Shown in pieces: positions 41,750 through 56,600 of a DNA stretch of 64,000 nt. The DNA is from Eledone cirrhosa. Its lineage: Eukaryota. The stretch is taken from NCBI GenBank assembly GCA_964016885.1, contig OZ024744.1, positions 20,646,001-20,710,000 on the forward strand, in the 5' to 3' direction. The notes under the pieces were generated by a model. That model saw only the letters and a program-made list of their open reading frames with translations. It did not search any database and was not told the DNA's origin. The position numbers and the translations under genes were made by a program. The number at the start of each line of letters is the position of its first letter. The stretch's first letter is position 1.

Positions 41750-44700
41750 GACTCGTTTTAACATCAGCTGAATCTTAAGATAAAACTCGTTTTAACAACA
41801 GTTGAATCTTAAGATAAAACTCGTTTTAACAACAGTTGAATCTCAAGAACTGACTCGTTTTAACGACAGCTGAATCTTTAGATAAAACTCGTTTTAACAA
41901 CAGTTCAAACTTAAGAGATGACTCGTTTTAACAACAGTTGAATCTTATGAACTGAATCATTTTAACAAAAGTTGAATTTTAAGAACTGATTCGTTTTAAC
42001 AACAGTTGAATCTTAAGGTAAAACTCGTTTTAACAACAGTTGAATCTTAAGAACTGACTCGTTTTAACAACAGCTGAATCTTAAGATAAAACTCGTTTTA
42101 ACAACAGTTGAATCTTAAGATAAAACTCGTTTTAACAACAGTTGAATCTTAAGAACTGACTCGTTTTAACAACAGTTGAATCTTAAGATAAAACTCGTTT
42201 GAACAACAGTTGAATCTTATGTACTAACTAATTTTTACAACAGTTGAATCTTAAGTTAAGACTCGTTTTAACAACAGTTGAATCTTAAGAACTGACTCGT
42301 TTTAACAACAGCTGAATCTTAAGATAAAACTCGTTTTAACAACAGTTGAATCTTAAAGATAAAACTCGCTTTAACAACAGTTGAATCTTAAGAACTGACT
42401 CGTTTTAACAACAGTTGAATCTTAAGATAAACCTCGTTTTAACAACAGTTTAATCTTAAGAACTGACTCGTTTTAACAACAGTTGAATCTTAAGACAAAA
42501 CTCGTTTTAACAACAGTTCAATCTTAAGAACTGATTTGTTCTAACAACAGTTCAGCCTTAAGAACTGACTCGTTTTAAAACAGTTGAATCGTTAGAACTG
42601 ACTCGTTTTAACAACAGTTGAATCTTAAGATAAAACTCGTTTTAACAACAGTTAAATCTAAATAACTGACTCGTTTTAACAACAGTTGAATGTTAAGATA
42701 AAACTCGTTTTAACAATAGTTGAATCTTAAGAACTGACTCGTTTTAACAACAGTTGAATCTTAAGATAAAACTCGTTTTAACAACTGTTGAATCTTAAGA
42801 ACTGACTCGTTTTAACAACAGCTGAATCTTAAGATAAAACTCGTTTTAACAACAGTTGAATCTTAAGAACTGACTCGTTTTAACAACAGTTGAATCTTAA
42901 GATAAAACTCGTTTTAACAACAGTTGAATCTTAAGAACTGACTCGCTTTAACAACAGCTGAATCTTAAGATAAAACTCGTTTTAACAACAGTTGAATCCT
43001 AAGAACTGACTTGTTTTATCAACAGTCCAACCGTAAGAACTGACTCGTTTTAACAACAGTTGAATGTTCAAATAAAACTCGTTTTAACAACAGTTGAATC
43101 TTAAGAACTGACTCGTTTTAACAACAGTTGAATCTTAAGAACTGACTCGTTTTAACAACAGTTAAATCTTAATAACTGACTCGTTTTAACAACAGTTGAA
43201 TGTTAAGATAAAACTCGTTTTAACAACAGTTGAATCTTAAGAACTGACTCGTTTTAACAACAGTTGAATCTTCAAATAAAACTCGTTTTAACAACAGTTG
43301 AACATTAAGATAAAACTCGTTTTAACAACAGTTGAATGTTAAGATAAAACTCGTTTTAACAATAGTTGAATCCTAAGAACTGACTCGTTTTAACAACAGT
43401 TGAATCTTAAGATAAAACTCGTTTTAACAACAGTTGAATCTTAAGAACTGAATCGTTTTAACAACAGCTGAATCTTAAGATAAAACTCGTTTTAACAACA
43501 GTTGAATCTTAAGAACTGACTCGTTTTAACAACAGCTGAATCTTAAGATAAAACTCGTTTTAACAACAGTTGAATCTTAAAATAAAACTCGTTTTAACAA
43601 CAGTTGAATCTTAAGAACTGACTCGTTTTAACAACAGTTGAATCTTAAGATAAAACTCGTTTTAACAACAGTTGAATCTTATGAACTAACTCATTTTAAC
43701 AACAGTTGAATCTTAAGTTAAGACTCGTTTTAACAACAGTTGAATCTTAAGAACTGACTCGTTTTAACAACAGTTGAATCTTAAGACAAAACCCGTTTTA
43801 ACAACAGTTGAATCTTAAGAACTGTCTCGTTTTAACAACAGTTGAATCTTAAGATAAACCTCGTTTTAACAACAGTTGAATCTTAAGAACTGACTCGTTT
43901 TAACATCAGCTGAATCTTAAGATAAAACTCGTTTTAACAACAGTTGAATCTTAAGATAAAACTCGTTTTAACAACAGTTGAATCTCAAGAACTGACTCGT
44001 TTTAACGACAGCTGAATCTTAAGATAAAACTCGTTTTAACAACAGTTCAAACTTAAGAGATGACTCGTTTTAACAACAGTTGAATCTTATGAACTGAATC
44101 ATTTTAACAAAAGTTGAATTTTAAGAACTGATTCGTTTTAACAACAGTTGAATCTTAAGGTAAAACTCGTTTTAACAACAGTTGAATCTTAAGAACTGAC
44201 TCGTTTTAACAACAGCTGAATCTTAAGATAAAACTCATTTTAACAACAGTTGAATCTTAAGATAAAACTCGTTTTAACAACAGTTGAATCTTAAGAACTG
44301 ACTCGTTTTAACAACAGTTGAATCTTAAGATAAAACTCGTTTGAACAACAGTTGAATCTTATGTACTAACTAATTTTAACAACAGTTGAATCTTAAGAAC
44401 TGATTCGTTTTAACAACAGTTGAATCTTAAGAACTGACTCGTTTTAACAACAGCTGAATCTTAAGATAAAACTCGTTTTAACAACAGTTGAATCTTAAAG
44501 ATAAAACTCGCTTTAACAACAGTTGAATCTTAAGAACTGACTCGTTTTAACAACAGTTGAATCTTAAGATAAACCTCGTTTTAACAACAGTTTAATCTTA
44601 AGAACTGACTCGTTTTAACAACAGTTGAATCTTAAGACAAAACTCGTTTTAACAACAGTTCAATCTTAAGAACTGATTTGTTCTAACAACAGTTCAGCCT

Positions 44701-45900
44701 TAAGAACTGACTCGTTTTAAAACAGTTGAATCGTTAGAACTGACTCGTTTTAACAACAGTTGAATCTTAAGATAAAACTCGTTTTAACAACAGTTAAATC
44801 TAAATAACTGACTCGTTTTAACAACAGTTGAATGTTAAGATAAAACTCGTTTTAACAATAGTTGAATCTTAAGAACTGACTCGTTTTAACAACAGTTGAA
44901 TCTTAAGATAAAACTCGTTTTAACAACTGTTGAATCTTAAGAACTGACTCGTTTTAACAACAGCTGAATCTTAAGATAAAACTCGTTTTAACAACAGTTG
45001 AATCTTAAGAACTGACTCGTTTTAACAACAGTTGAATCTTAAGATAAAACTCGTTTTAACAACAGTTGAATCTTAAGAACTGACTCGCTTTAACAACAGC
45101 TGAATCTTAAGATAAAACTCGTTTTAACAACAGTTGAATCCTAAGAACTGACTTGTTTTATCAACAGTCCAACCGTAATAACTGACTCGTTTTAACAACA
45201 GTTGAATGTTCAAATAAAACTCGTTTTAACAACAGTTGAATCTTAAGAACTGACTCGTTTTAACAACAGTTAAATCTTAATAACTGACTCGTTTTAACAA
45301 CAGTTGAATGTTAAGATAAAACTCGTTTTAACAACAGTTGAATCTTAAGAACTGACTCGTTTTAACAACAGTTGAATCTTCAAATAAAACTCGTTTTAAC
45401 AACAGTTGAACATTAAGATAAAACTCGTTTTAACAACAGTTGAATGTTAAGATAAAACTCGTTTTAACAATAGTTGAATCCTAAGAACTGACTCGTTTTA
45501 ACAACAGTTGAATCTTAAGATAAAACTCGTTTTAACAACAGTTGAATCTTAAGAACTGAATCGTTTTAACAACAGCTGAATCTTAAGATAAAACTCGTTT
45601 TAACAACAGTTGAATCTTAAGAACTGACTCGTTTTAACAACAGCTGAATCTTAAGATAAAACTCGTTTTAACAACAGTTGAATCTTAAAATAAAACTCGT
45701 TTTAACAACAGTTGAATCTTAAGAACTGACTCGTTTTAACAACAGTTGAATCTTAAGATAAAACTCGTTTTAACAACAGTTGAATCTTATGAACTAACTC
45801 ATTTTAACAACAGTTGAATCTTAAGTTAAGACTCGTTTTAACAACAGTTGAATCTTAAGAACTGACTCGTTTTAACAACAGTTGAATCTTAAGATAAACC
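41750..45900. repeat. 63-monomer (2,142 bp) higher-order repeat unit of the right-hand domain
   Basis: ACATCAGCTG at 41761/43903, and CAGCC at 42553/44695 and 48399/50541. All offsets are 2,142 = 63x34. Confidence 0.85.
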
Positions 45901-48589
45901 TCGTTTTAACAACAGTTTAATCTTAAGAACTGACTCGTTTTAACAACAGTTGAATCTTAAGACAAAACTCGTTTTAACAACAGTTGAATCTTAAGAACTG
46001 ACTAGTTCTAACAACAGTTCAGCCTTAAGAACTGACTCGTTTTAAAACAGTTGAATCGTTAGAACTGACTCGTTTTAACAACAGTTGAATGTTAAGATAA
46101 AACTCGTTTTAACAATAGTTGAATCCTAAGAACTGACTCGTTTTAACAACAGTTGAATCTTAAGATAAAACTCGTTTTAACAACAGTTGAATCTTAAGAA
46201 CTGAATCGTTTTAACAACAGCTGAATCTTAAGATAAAACTCGTTTTAACAACAGTTGAATCTTAAGAACTGACTCGTTTTAACAACAGCTGAATCTTAAG
46301 ATAAAACTCGTTTTAACAACAGTTGAATCTTAAAATAAAACTCGTTTTAACAACAGTTGAATCTTAAGAACTGACTCGTTTTAACAACAGTTGAATCTTA
46401 AGATAAAACTCGTTTTAACAACAGTTGAATCTTATGAACTAACTCATTTTAACAACAGTTGAATCTTAAGACAAAACCCGTTTTAACAACAGTTGAATCT
46501 TAAGAACTGTCTCGTTTTAACAACAGTTGAATCTTAAGATAAACCTCGTTTTAACAACAGTTTAATCTTAAGAACTGACTCGTTTTAACAACAGTTGAAT
46601 CTTAAGACAAAACTCGTTTTAACAACAGTTGAATCTTAAGAACTGACTAGTTCTAACAACAGTTCAGCCTTAAGAACTGACTCGTTTTAAAACAGTTGAA
46701 TCGTTAGAACTGACTCGTTTTAACAACAGTTGAATCTTAAAATAAAACTCGTTTTAACAATAGTTGAATCTCAAGAACTGACTCGTTTTAGCAACAGTTG
46801 AATCTTAAGATAACACTCGTTTTCATAACAGTTGAATCTTAAGAACTGTCTCGTTTTAACAACAGTTGAATCTTAAGATAAACCTCGTTTTAACAACAGT
46901 TGAATCTTAAGAACTGACTCGTTTTAACAACAGTTAAATCTTAATAACTGACTCGTTTTAACAACAGTTGAATCTTAAGATAAAACTCGTTTTAACAACT
47001 GTTGAATCTTAAGAACTGACTCGTTTTAACAACAGCTGAATCTTAAGATAAAACTCGTTTTAACAACAGTTGAATCTTCAGAACTGACTCGTTTTAACAA
47101 CAGTTGAATCTTAAGATAAAACCCGTTTTAACAACTGTTGAATCTTAAGAACTGACTCGTTTTAACAACAGCTGAATCTTAAGATAAAACTCGTTTTAAC
47201 AACAGTTGAATCTTAAGAACTGACTCGTTTTAACAACAGTTGAATCTTCAAATAAAACTCGTTTTAACAACAGTTGAATCTTAAGAACTGACTCGTTTTA
47301 ACAACAGTTGAATGTTAAGATAAAACTCGTTTTAACAATAGTTGAAACTTAAGAACTGACTCGTTTTAACAACAGATGAATCTTAAGATAAAACTCGTTT
47401 TAACAACAGTTGAATCTTAAGAACTGACTCGTTTTAACAACAGCTGAATCTTAAGATAAAACTCGTTTTAACAACAGTTGAATCTTAAGAACGGACTCGT
47501 TTTAACAACAGCTGAATCTTAAGATAAATCTCGTTTTAACGACAGTTGAATCTTAAGAACTGATTCGTTTTAACAACAGTTCAAACTTAAGAACTGACTC
47601 GTTTTATCAACAGTTGAATCTTATGAACTGACTCATTTTAACAACAGTTGAATCTTAAGATAACATTCGTTTTAACAACAGTTGAATCTTAAGAACTGAC
47701 TCGTTTTAACAACAGTTGAATCTTAAAGATAAACTCGTTTCAACAACAGTTGAATCTTAAGAACTGACTCGTTTTAACATCAGCTGAATCTTAAGATAAA
47801 ACTCGTTTTAACAACAGTTGAATCTTAAGATAAAACTCGTTTTAACAACAGTTGAATCTCAAGAACTGACTCGTTTTAACGACAGCTGAATCTTTAGATA
47901 AAACTCGTTTTAACAACAGTTCAAACTTAAGAGATGACTCGTTTTAACAACAGTTGAATCTTATGAACTGAATAATTTTAACAAAAGTTGAATTTTAAGA
48001 ACTGATTCGTTTTAACAACAGTTGAATCTTAAGGTAAAACTCGTTTTAACAACAGTTGAATCTTAAGAACTGACTCGTTTTAACAACAGCTGAATCTTAA
48101 GATAAAACTCGTTTGAACAACAGTTGAATCTTATGTACTAACTAATTTTTACAACAGTTGAATCTTAAGTTAAGACTCGTTTTAACAACAGTTGAATCTT
48201 AAGAACTGACTCGTTTTAACAACAGCTGAATCTTAAGATAAAACTCGTTTTAACAACAGTTGAATCTTAAAGATAAAACTCGCTTTAACAACAGTTGAAT
48301 CTTAAGAACTGACTCGTTTTAACAACAGTTGAATCTTAAGACAAAACTCGTTTTAACAACAGTTCAATCTTAAGAACTGATTTGTTCTAACAACAGTTCA
48401 GCCTTAAGAACTGACTCGTTTTAAAACAGTTGAATCGTTAGAACTGACTCGTTTTAACAACAGTTGAATCTTAAGATAAAACTCGTTTTAACAACAGTTA
48501 AATCTAAATAACTGACTCGTTTTAACAACAGTTGAATGTTAAGATAAAACTCGTTTTAACAATAGTTGAATCTTAAGAACTGACTCGTT

Positions 48590-51500
48590 TTAACAACAGT
48601 TGAATCTTAAGATAAAACTCGTTTTAACAACTGTTGAATCTTAAGAACTGACTCGTTTTAACAACAGCTGAATCTTAAGATAAAACTCGTTTTAACAACA
48701 GTTGAATCTTAAGAACTGACTCGTTTTAACAACAGTTGAATCTTAAGATAAAACTCGTTTTAACAACAGTTGAATCTTAAGAACTGACTCGCTTTAACAA
48801 CAGCTGAATCTTAAGATAAAACTCGTTTTAACAACAGTTGAATCCTAAGAACTGACTTGTTTTATCAACAGTCCAACCGTAAGAACTGACTCGTTTTAAC
48901 AACAGTTGAATGTTCAAATAAAACACGTTTTAACAACAGTTGAATCTTAAGAACTGACTCGTTTTAACAACAGTTGAATCTTAAGAACTGACTCGTTTTA
49001 ACAACAGTTAAATCTTAATAACTGACTCGTTTTAACAACAGTTGAATGTTAAGATAAAACTCGTTTTAACAACAGTTGAATCTTAAGAACTGACTCGTTT
49101 TAACAACAGTTGAATCTTCAAATAAAACTCGTTTTAACAACAGTTGAACATTAAGATAAAACTCGTTTTAACAACAGTTGAATGTTAAGATAAAACTCGT
49201 TTTAACAATAGTTGAATCCTAAGAACTGACTCGTTTTAACAACAGTTGAATCTTAAGATAAAACTCGTTTTAACAACAGTTGAATCTTAAGAACTGAATC
49301 GTTTTAACAACAGCTGAATCTTAAGATAAAACTCGTTTTAACAACAGTTGAATCTTAAGAACTGACTCGTTTTAACAACAGCTGAATCTTAAGATAAAAC
49401 TCGTTTTAACAACAGTTGAATCTTAAAATAAAACTCGTTTTAACAACAGTTGAATCTTAAGAACTGACTCGTTTTAACAACAGTTGAATCTTAAGATAAA
49501 ACTCGTTTTAACAACAGTTGAATCTTATGAACTAACTCATTTTAACAACAGTTGAATCTTAAGTTAAGACTCGTTTTAACAACAGTTGAATCTTAAGAAC
49601 TGACTCGTTTTAACAACAGTTGAATCTTAAGACAAAACCCGTTTTAACAACAGTTGAATCTTAAGAACTGTCTCGTTTTAACAACAGTTGAATCTTAAGA
49701 TAAACCTCGTTTTAACAACAGTTGAATCTTAAGAACTGACTCGTTTTAACATCAGCTGAATCTTAAGATAAAACTCGTTTTAACAACAGTTGAATCTTAA
49801 GATAAAACTCGTTTTAACAACAGTTGAATCTCAAGAACTGACTCGTTTTAACGACAGCTGAATCTTAAGATAAAACTCGTTTTAACAACAGTTCAAACTT
49901 AAGAGATGACTCGTTTTAACAACAGTTGAATCTTATGAACTGAATCATTTTAACAAAAGTTGAATTTTAAGAACTGATTCGTTTTAACAACAGTTGAATC
50001 TTAAGGTAAAACTCGTTTTAACAACAGTTGAATCTTAAGAACTGACTCGTTTTAACAACAGCTGAATCTTAAGATAAAACTCGTTTTAACAACAGTTGAA
50101 TCTTAAGATAAAACTCGTTTTAACAACAGTTGAATCTTAAGAACTGACTCGTTTTAACAACAGTTGAATCTTAAGATAAAACTCGTTTGAACAACAGTTG
50201 AATCTTATGTACTAACTAATTTTTACAACAGTTGAATCTTAAGTTAAGACTCGTTTTAACAACAGTTGAATCTTAAGAACTGACTCGTTTTAACAACAGC
50301 TGAATCTTAAGATAAAACTCGTTTTAACAACAGTTGAATCTTAAAGATAAAACTCGCTTTAACAACAGTTGAATCTTAAGAACTGACTCGTTTTAACAAC
50401 AGTTGAATCTTAAGATAAACCTCGTTTTAACAACAGTTTAATCTTAAGAACTGACTCGTTTTAACAACAGTTGAATCTTAAGACAAAACTCGTTTTAACA
50501 ACAGTTCAATCTTAAGAACTGATTTGTTCTAACAACAGTTCAGCCTTAAGAACTGACTCGTTTTAAAACAGTTGAATCGTTAGAACTGACTCGTTTTAAC
50601 AACAGTTGAATCTTAAGATAAAACTCGTTTTAACAACAGTTAAATCTAAATAACTGACTCGTTTTAACAACAGTTGAATGTTAAGATAAAACTCGTTTTA
50701 ACAATAGTTGAATCTTAAGAACTGACTCGTTTTAACAACAGTTGAATCTTAAGATAAAACTCGTTTTAACAACTGTTGAATCTTAAGAACTGACTCGTTT
50801 TAACAACAGCTGAATCTTAAGATAAAACTCGTTTTAACAACAGTTGAATCTTAAGAACGGACTCGTTTTAACAACAGCTGAATCTTAAGATAAATCTCGT
50901 TTTAACGACAGTTGAATCTTAAGAACTGATTCGTTTTAACAACAGTTCAAACTTAAGAACTGACTCGTTTTATCAACAGTTGAATCTTATGAACTGACTC
51001 ATTTTAACAACAGTTGAATCTTAAGATAACATTCGTTTTAACAACAGTTGAATCTTAAGAACTGACTCGTTTTAACAACAGTTGAATCTTAAAGATAAAC
51101 TCGTTTCAACAACAGTTGAATCTTAAGAACTGACTCGTTTTAACAACAGTTGAATCTTAAGATAAAACTCGTTTTAACAACTGTTGAATCTTAAGAACTG
51201 ACTCGTTTTAACAACAGCTGAATCTTAAGATAAAACTCGTTTTAACAACAGTTGAATCTTAAGAACTGACTCGTTTTAACAACAGTTGAATCTTAAGATA
51301 AAACTCGTTTTAACAACAGTTGAATCTTAAGAACTGACTCGCTTTAACAACAGCTGAATCTCAAGATAAAACTCGTTTTAACAACAGTTGAATCCTAAGA
51401 ACTGACTTGTTTTATCAACAGTCCAACCGTAAGAACTGACTCGTTTTAACAACAGTTGAATGTTCAAATAAAACACGTTTTAACAACAGTTGAATCTTAA

Positions 51501-53690
51501 GAACTGACTCGTTTTAACAACAGTTGAATCTTAAGAACTGACTCGTTTTAACAACAGTTAAATCTTAATAACTGACTCGTTTTAACAACAGTTGAATGTT
51601 AAGATAAAACTCGTTTTAACAACAGTTGAATCTTAAGAACTGACTCGTTTTAACAACAGTTGAATCTTCAAATAAAACTCGTTTTAACAACAGTTGAACA
51701 TTAAGATAAAACTCGTTTTAACAACAGTTGAATGTTAAGATAAAACTCGTTTTAACAATAGTTGAATCCTAAGAACTGACTCGTTTTAACAACAGTTGAA
51801 TCTTAAGATAAAACTCGTTTTAACAACAGTTGAATCTTAAGAACTGAATCGTTTTAACAACAGCTGAATCTTAAGATAAAACTCGTTTTAACAACAGTTG
51901 AATCTTAAGAACTGACTCGTTTTAACAACAGCTGAATCTTAAGATAAAACTCGTTTTAACAACAGTTGAATCTTAAAATAAAACTCGTTTTAACAACAGT
52001 TGAATCTTAAGAACTGACTCGTTTTAACAACAGTTGAATCTTAAGATAAAACTCGTTTTAACAACAGTTGAATCTTATGAACTAACTCATTTTAACAACA
52101 GTTGAATCTTAAGTTAAGACTCGTTTTAACAACAGTTGAATCTTAAGAACTGACTCGTTTTAACAACAGTTGAATCTTAAGACAAAACCCGTTTTAACAA
52201 CAGTTGAATCTTAAGAACTGTCTCGTTTTAACAACAGTTGAATCTTAAGATAAACCTCGTTTTAACAACAGTTGAATCTTAAGAACTGACTCGTTTTAAC
52301 ATCAGCTGAATCTTAAGATAAAACTCGTTTTAACAACAGTTGAATCTTAAGATAAAACTCGTTTTAACAACAGTTGAATCTCAAGAACTGACTCGTTTTA
52401 ACGACAGCTGAATCTTAAGATAAAACTCGTTTTAACAACAGTTCAAACTTAAGAGATGACTCGTTTTAACAACAGTTGAATCTTATGAACTGAATCATTT
52501 TAACAAAAGTTGAATTTTAAGAACTGATTCGTTTTAACAACAGTTGAATCTTAAGGTAAAACTCGTTTTAACAACAGTTGAATCTTAAGAACTGACTCGT
52601 TTTAACAACAGCTGAATCTTAAGATAAAACTCGTTTTAACAACAGTTGAATCTTAAGATAAAACTCGTTTTAACAACAGTTGAATCTTAAGAACTGACTC
52701 GTTTTAACAACAGTTGAATCTTAAGATAAAACTCGTTTGAACAACAGTTGAATCTTATGTACTAACTAATTTTTACAACAGTTGAATCTTAAGTTAAGAC
52801 TCGTTTTAACAACAGTTGAATCTTAAGAACTGACTCGTTTTAACAACAGCTGAATCTTAAGATAAAACTCGTTTTAACAACAGTTGAATCTTAAAGATAA
52901 AACTCGCTTTAACAACAGTTGAATCTTAAGAACTGACTCGTTTTAACAACAGTTGAATCTTAAGATAAACCTCGTTTTAACAACAGTTTAATCTTAAGAA
53001 CTGACTCGTTTTAACAACAGTTGAATCTTAAGACAAAACTCGTTTTAACAACAGTTCAATCTTAAGAACTGATTTGTTCTAACAACAGTTCAGCCTTAAG
53101 AACTGACTCGTTTTAAAACAGTTGAATCGTTAGAACTGACTCGTTTTAACAACAGTTGAATCTTAAGATAAAACTCGTTTTAACAACAGTTAAATCTAAA
53201 TAACTGACTCGTTTTAACAACAGTTGAATGTTAAGATAAAACTCGTTTTAACAATAGTTGAATCTTAAGAACTGACTCGTTTTAACAACAGTTGAATCTT
53301 AAGATAAAACTCGTTTTAACAACTGTTGAATCTTAAGAACTGACTCGTTTTAACAACAGCTGAATCTTAAGATAAAACTCGTTTTAACAACAGTTGAATC
53401 TTAAGAACGGACTCGTTTTAACAACAGCTGAATCTTAAGATAAATCTCGTTTTAACGACAGTTGAATCTTAAGAACTGATTCGTTTTAACAACAGTTCAA
53501 ACTTAAGAACTGACTCGTTTTATCAACAGTTGAATCTTATGAACTGACTCATTTTAACAACAGTTGAATCTTAAGATAACATTCGTTTTAACAACAGTTG
53601 AATCTTAAGAACTGACTCGTTTTAACAACAGTTGAATCTTAAAGATAAACTCGTTTCAACAACAGTTGAATCTTAAGAACTGACTCGTTT
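48590..53690. repeat. 75-monomer (2,550 bp) tandem duplication
   Basis: AAACACG at 48921/51471, GATAAATCTC near 50890/53440 and CAGCC at 50541/53091. Offset 2,550 = 75x34. Confidence 0.85.
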
Positions 53691-56600
53691 TAACATCAGC
53701 TGAATCTTAAGATAAAACTCGTTTTAACAACAGTTGAATCTTAAGATAAAACTCGTTTTAACAACAGTTGAATCTCAAGAACTGACTCGTTTTAACGACA
53801 GCTGAATCTTTAGATAAAACTCGTTTTAACAACAGTTCAAACTTAAGAGATGACTCGTTTTAACAACAGTTGAATCTTATGAACTGAATCATTTTAACAA
53901 AAGTTGAATTTTAAGAACTGATTCGTTTTAACAACAGTTGAATCTTAAGGTAAAACTCGTTTTAACAACAGTTGAATCTTACGAACTGACTCGTTTTAAC
54001 AACAGCTGAATCTTAAGATAAAACTCGTTTTAACAACAGTTGAATCTTAAGATAAAACTCGTTTTAACAACAGTTGAATCTTAAGAACTGACTCGTTTTA
54101 ACAACAGTTGAATCTTAAGATAAAACTCGTTTGAACAACAGTTGAATCTTATGTACTAACTAATTTTTACAACAGTTGAATCTTAAGTTAAGACTCGTTT
54201 TAACAACAGTTGAATCTTAAGAACTGACTCGTTTTAACAACAGCTGAATCTTAAGATAAAACTCGTTTTAACAACAGTTGAATCTTAAAGATAAAACTCG
54301 CTTTAACAACAGTTGAATCTTAAGAACTGACTCGTTTTAACAACAGTTGAATCTTAAGATAAACCTCGTTTTAACAACAGTTTAATCTTAAGAACTGACT
54401 CGTTTTAACAACAGTTGAATCTTAAGACAAAACTCGTTTTAACAACAGTTCAATCTTAAGAACTGATTTGTTCTAACAACAGTTCAGCCTTAAGAACTGA
54501 CTCGTTTTAAAACAGTTGAATCGTTAGAACTGACTCGTTTTAACAACAGTTGAATCTTAAGATAAAACTCGTTTTAACAACAGTTAAATCTAAATAACTG
54601 ACTCGTTTTAACAACAGTTGAATGTTAAGATAAAACTCGTTTTAACAATAGTTGAATCTTAAGAACTGACTCGTTTTAACAACAGTTGAATCTTAAGATA
54701 AAACTCGTTTTAACAACTGTTGAATCTTAAGAACTGACTCGTTTTAATAACAGCTGAATCTTAAGATAAAACTCGTTTTAACAACAGTTGAATCTTAAGA
54801 ACTGACTCGTTTTAACAACAGTTGAATCTTAAGATAAAACTCGTTTTAACAACAGTTGAATCTTAAGAACTGACTCGCTTTAACAACAGCTGAATCTTAA
54901 GATAAAACTCGTTTTAACAACAGTTGAATCCTAAGAACTGACTTGTTTTATCAACAGTCCAACCGTAAGAACTGACTCGTTTTAACAACAGTTGAATGTT
55001 CAAATAAAACTCGTTTTAACAACAGTTGAACATTAAGATAAAACTCGTTTTAACAACAGTTGAATGTTAAGATAAAACTCGTTTTAACAATAGTTGAATC
55101 CTAAGAACTGACTCGTTTTAACAACAGTTGAATCTTAAGATAAAACTCGTTTTAACAACAGTTGAATCTTAAGAACTGAATCGTTTTAACAACAGCTGAA
55201 TCTTAAGATAAAACTCGTTTTAACAACAGTTGAATCTTAAGAACTGACTCGTTTTAACAACAGCTGAATCTTAAGATAAAACTCGTTTTAACAACAGTTG
55301 AATCTTAAAATAAAACTCGTTTTAACAACAGTTGAATCTTAAGAACTGACTCGTTTTAACAACAGTTGAATCTTAAGATAAAACTCGTTTTAACAACAGT
55401 TGAATCTTATGAACTAACTCATTTTAACAACAGTTGAATCTTAAGTTAAGACTCGTTTTAACAACAGTTGAATCTTAAGAACTGACTCGTTTTAACAACA
55501 GTTGAATCTTAAGACAAAACCCGTTTTAACAACAGTTGAATCTTAAGAACTGTCTCGTTTTAACAACAGTTGAATCTTAAGATAAACCTCGTTTTAACAA
55601 CAGTTGAATCTTAAGAACTGACTCGTTTTAACATCAGCTGAATCTTAAGATAAAACTCGTTTTAACAACAGTTGAATCTTAAGATAAAACTCGTTTTAAC
55701 AACAGTTGAATCTCAAGAACTGACTCGTTTTAACGACAGCTGAATCTTAAGATAAAACTCGTTTTAACAACAGTTCAAACTTAAGAGATGACTCGTTTTA
55801 ACAACAGTTGAATCTTATGAACTGAATCATTTTAACAAAAGTTGAATTTTAAGAACTGATTCGTTTTAACAACAGTTGAATCTTAAGGTAAAACTCGTTT
55901 TAACAACAGTTGAATCTTAAGAACTGACTCGTTTTAACAACAGCTGAATCTTAAGATAAAACTCGTTTTAACAACAGTTGAATCTTAAGATAAAACTCGT
56001 TTTAACAACAGTTGAATCTTAAGAACTGACTCGTTTTAACAACAGTTGAATCTTAAGATAAAACTCGTTTGAACAACAGTTGAATCTTATGTACTAACTA
56101 ATTTTTACAACAGTTGAATCTTAAGTTAAGACTCGTTTTAACAACAGTTGAATCTTAAGAACTGACTCGTTTTAACAACAGCTGAATCTTAAGATAAAAC
56201 TCGTTTTAACAACAGTTGAATCTTAAAGATAAAACTCGCTTTAACAACAGTTGAATCTTAAGAACTGACTCGTTTTAACAACAGTTGAATCTTAAGATAA
56301 ACCTCGTTTTAACAACAGTTTAATCTTAAGAACTGACTCGTTTTAACAACAGTTGAATCTTAAGACAAAACTCGTTTTAACAACAGTTCAATCTTAAGAA
56401 CTGATTTGTTCTAACAACAGTTCAGCCTTAAGAACTGACTCGTTTTAAAACAGTTGAATCGTTAGAACTGACTCGTTTTAACAACAGTTGAATCTTAAGA
56501 TAAAACTCGTTTTAACAACAGTTAAATCTAAATAACTGACTCGTTTTAACAACAGTTGAATGTTAAGATAAAACTCGTTTTAACAATAGTTGAATCTTAA

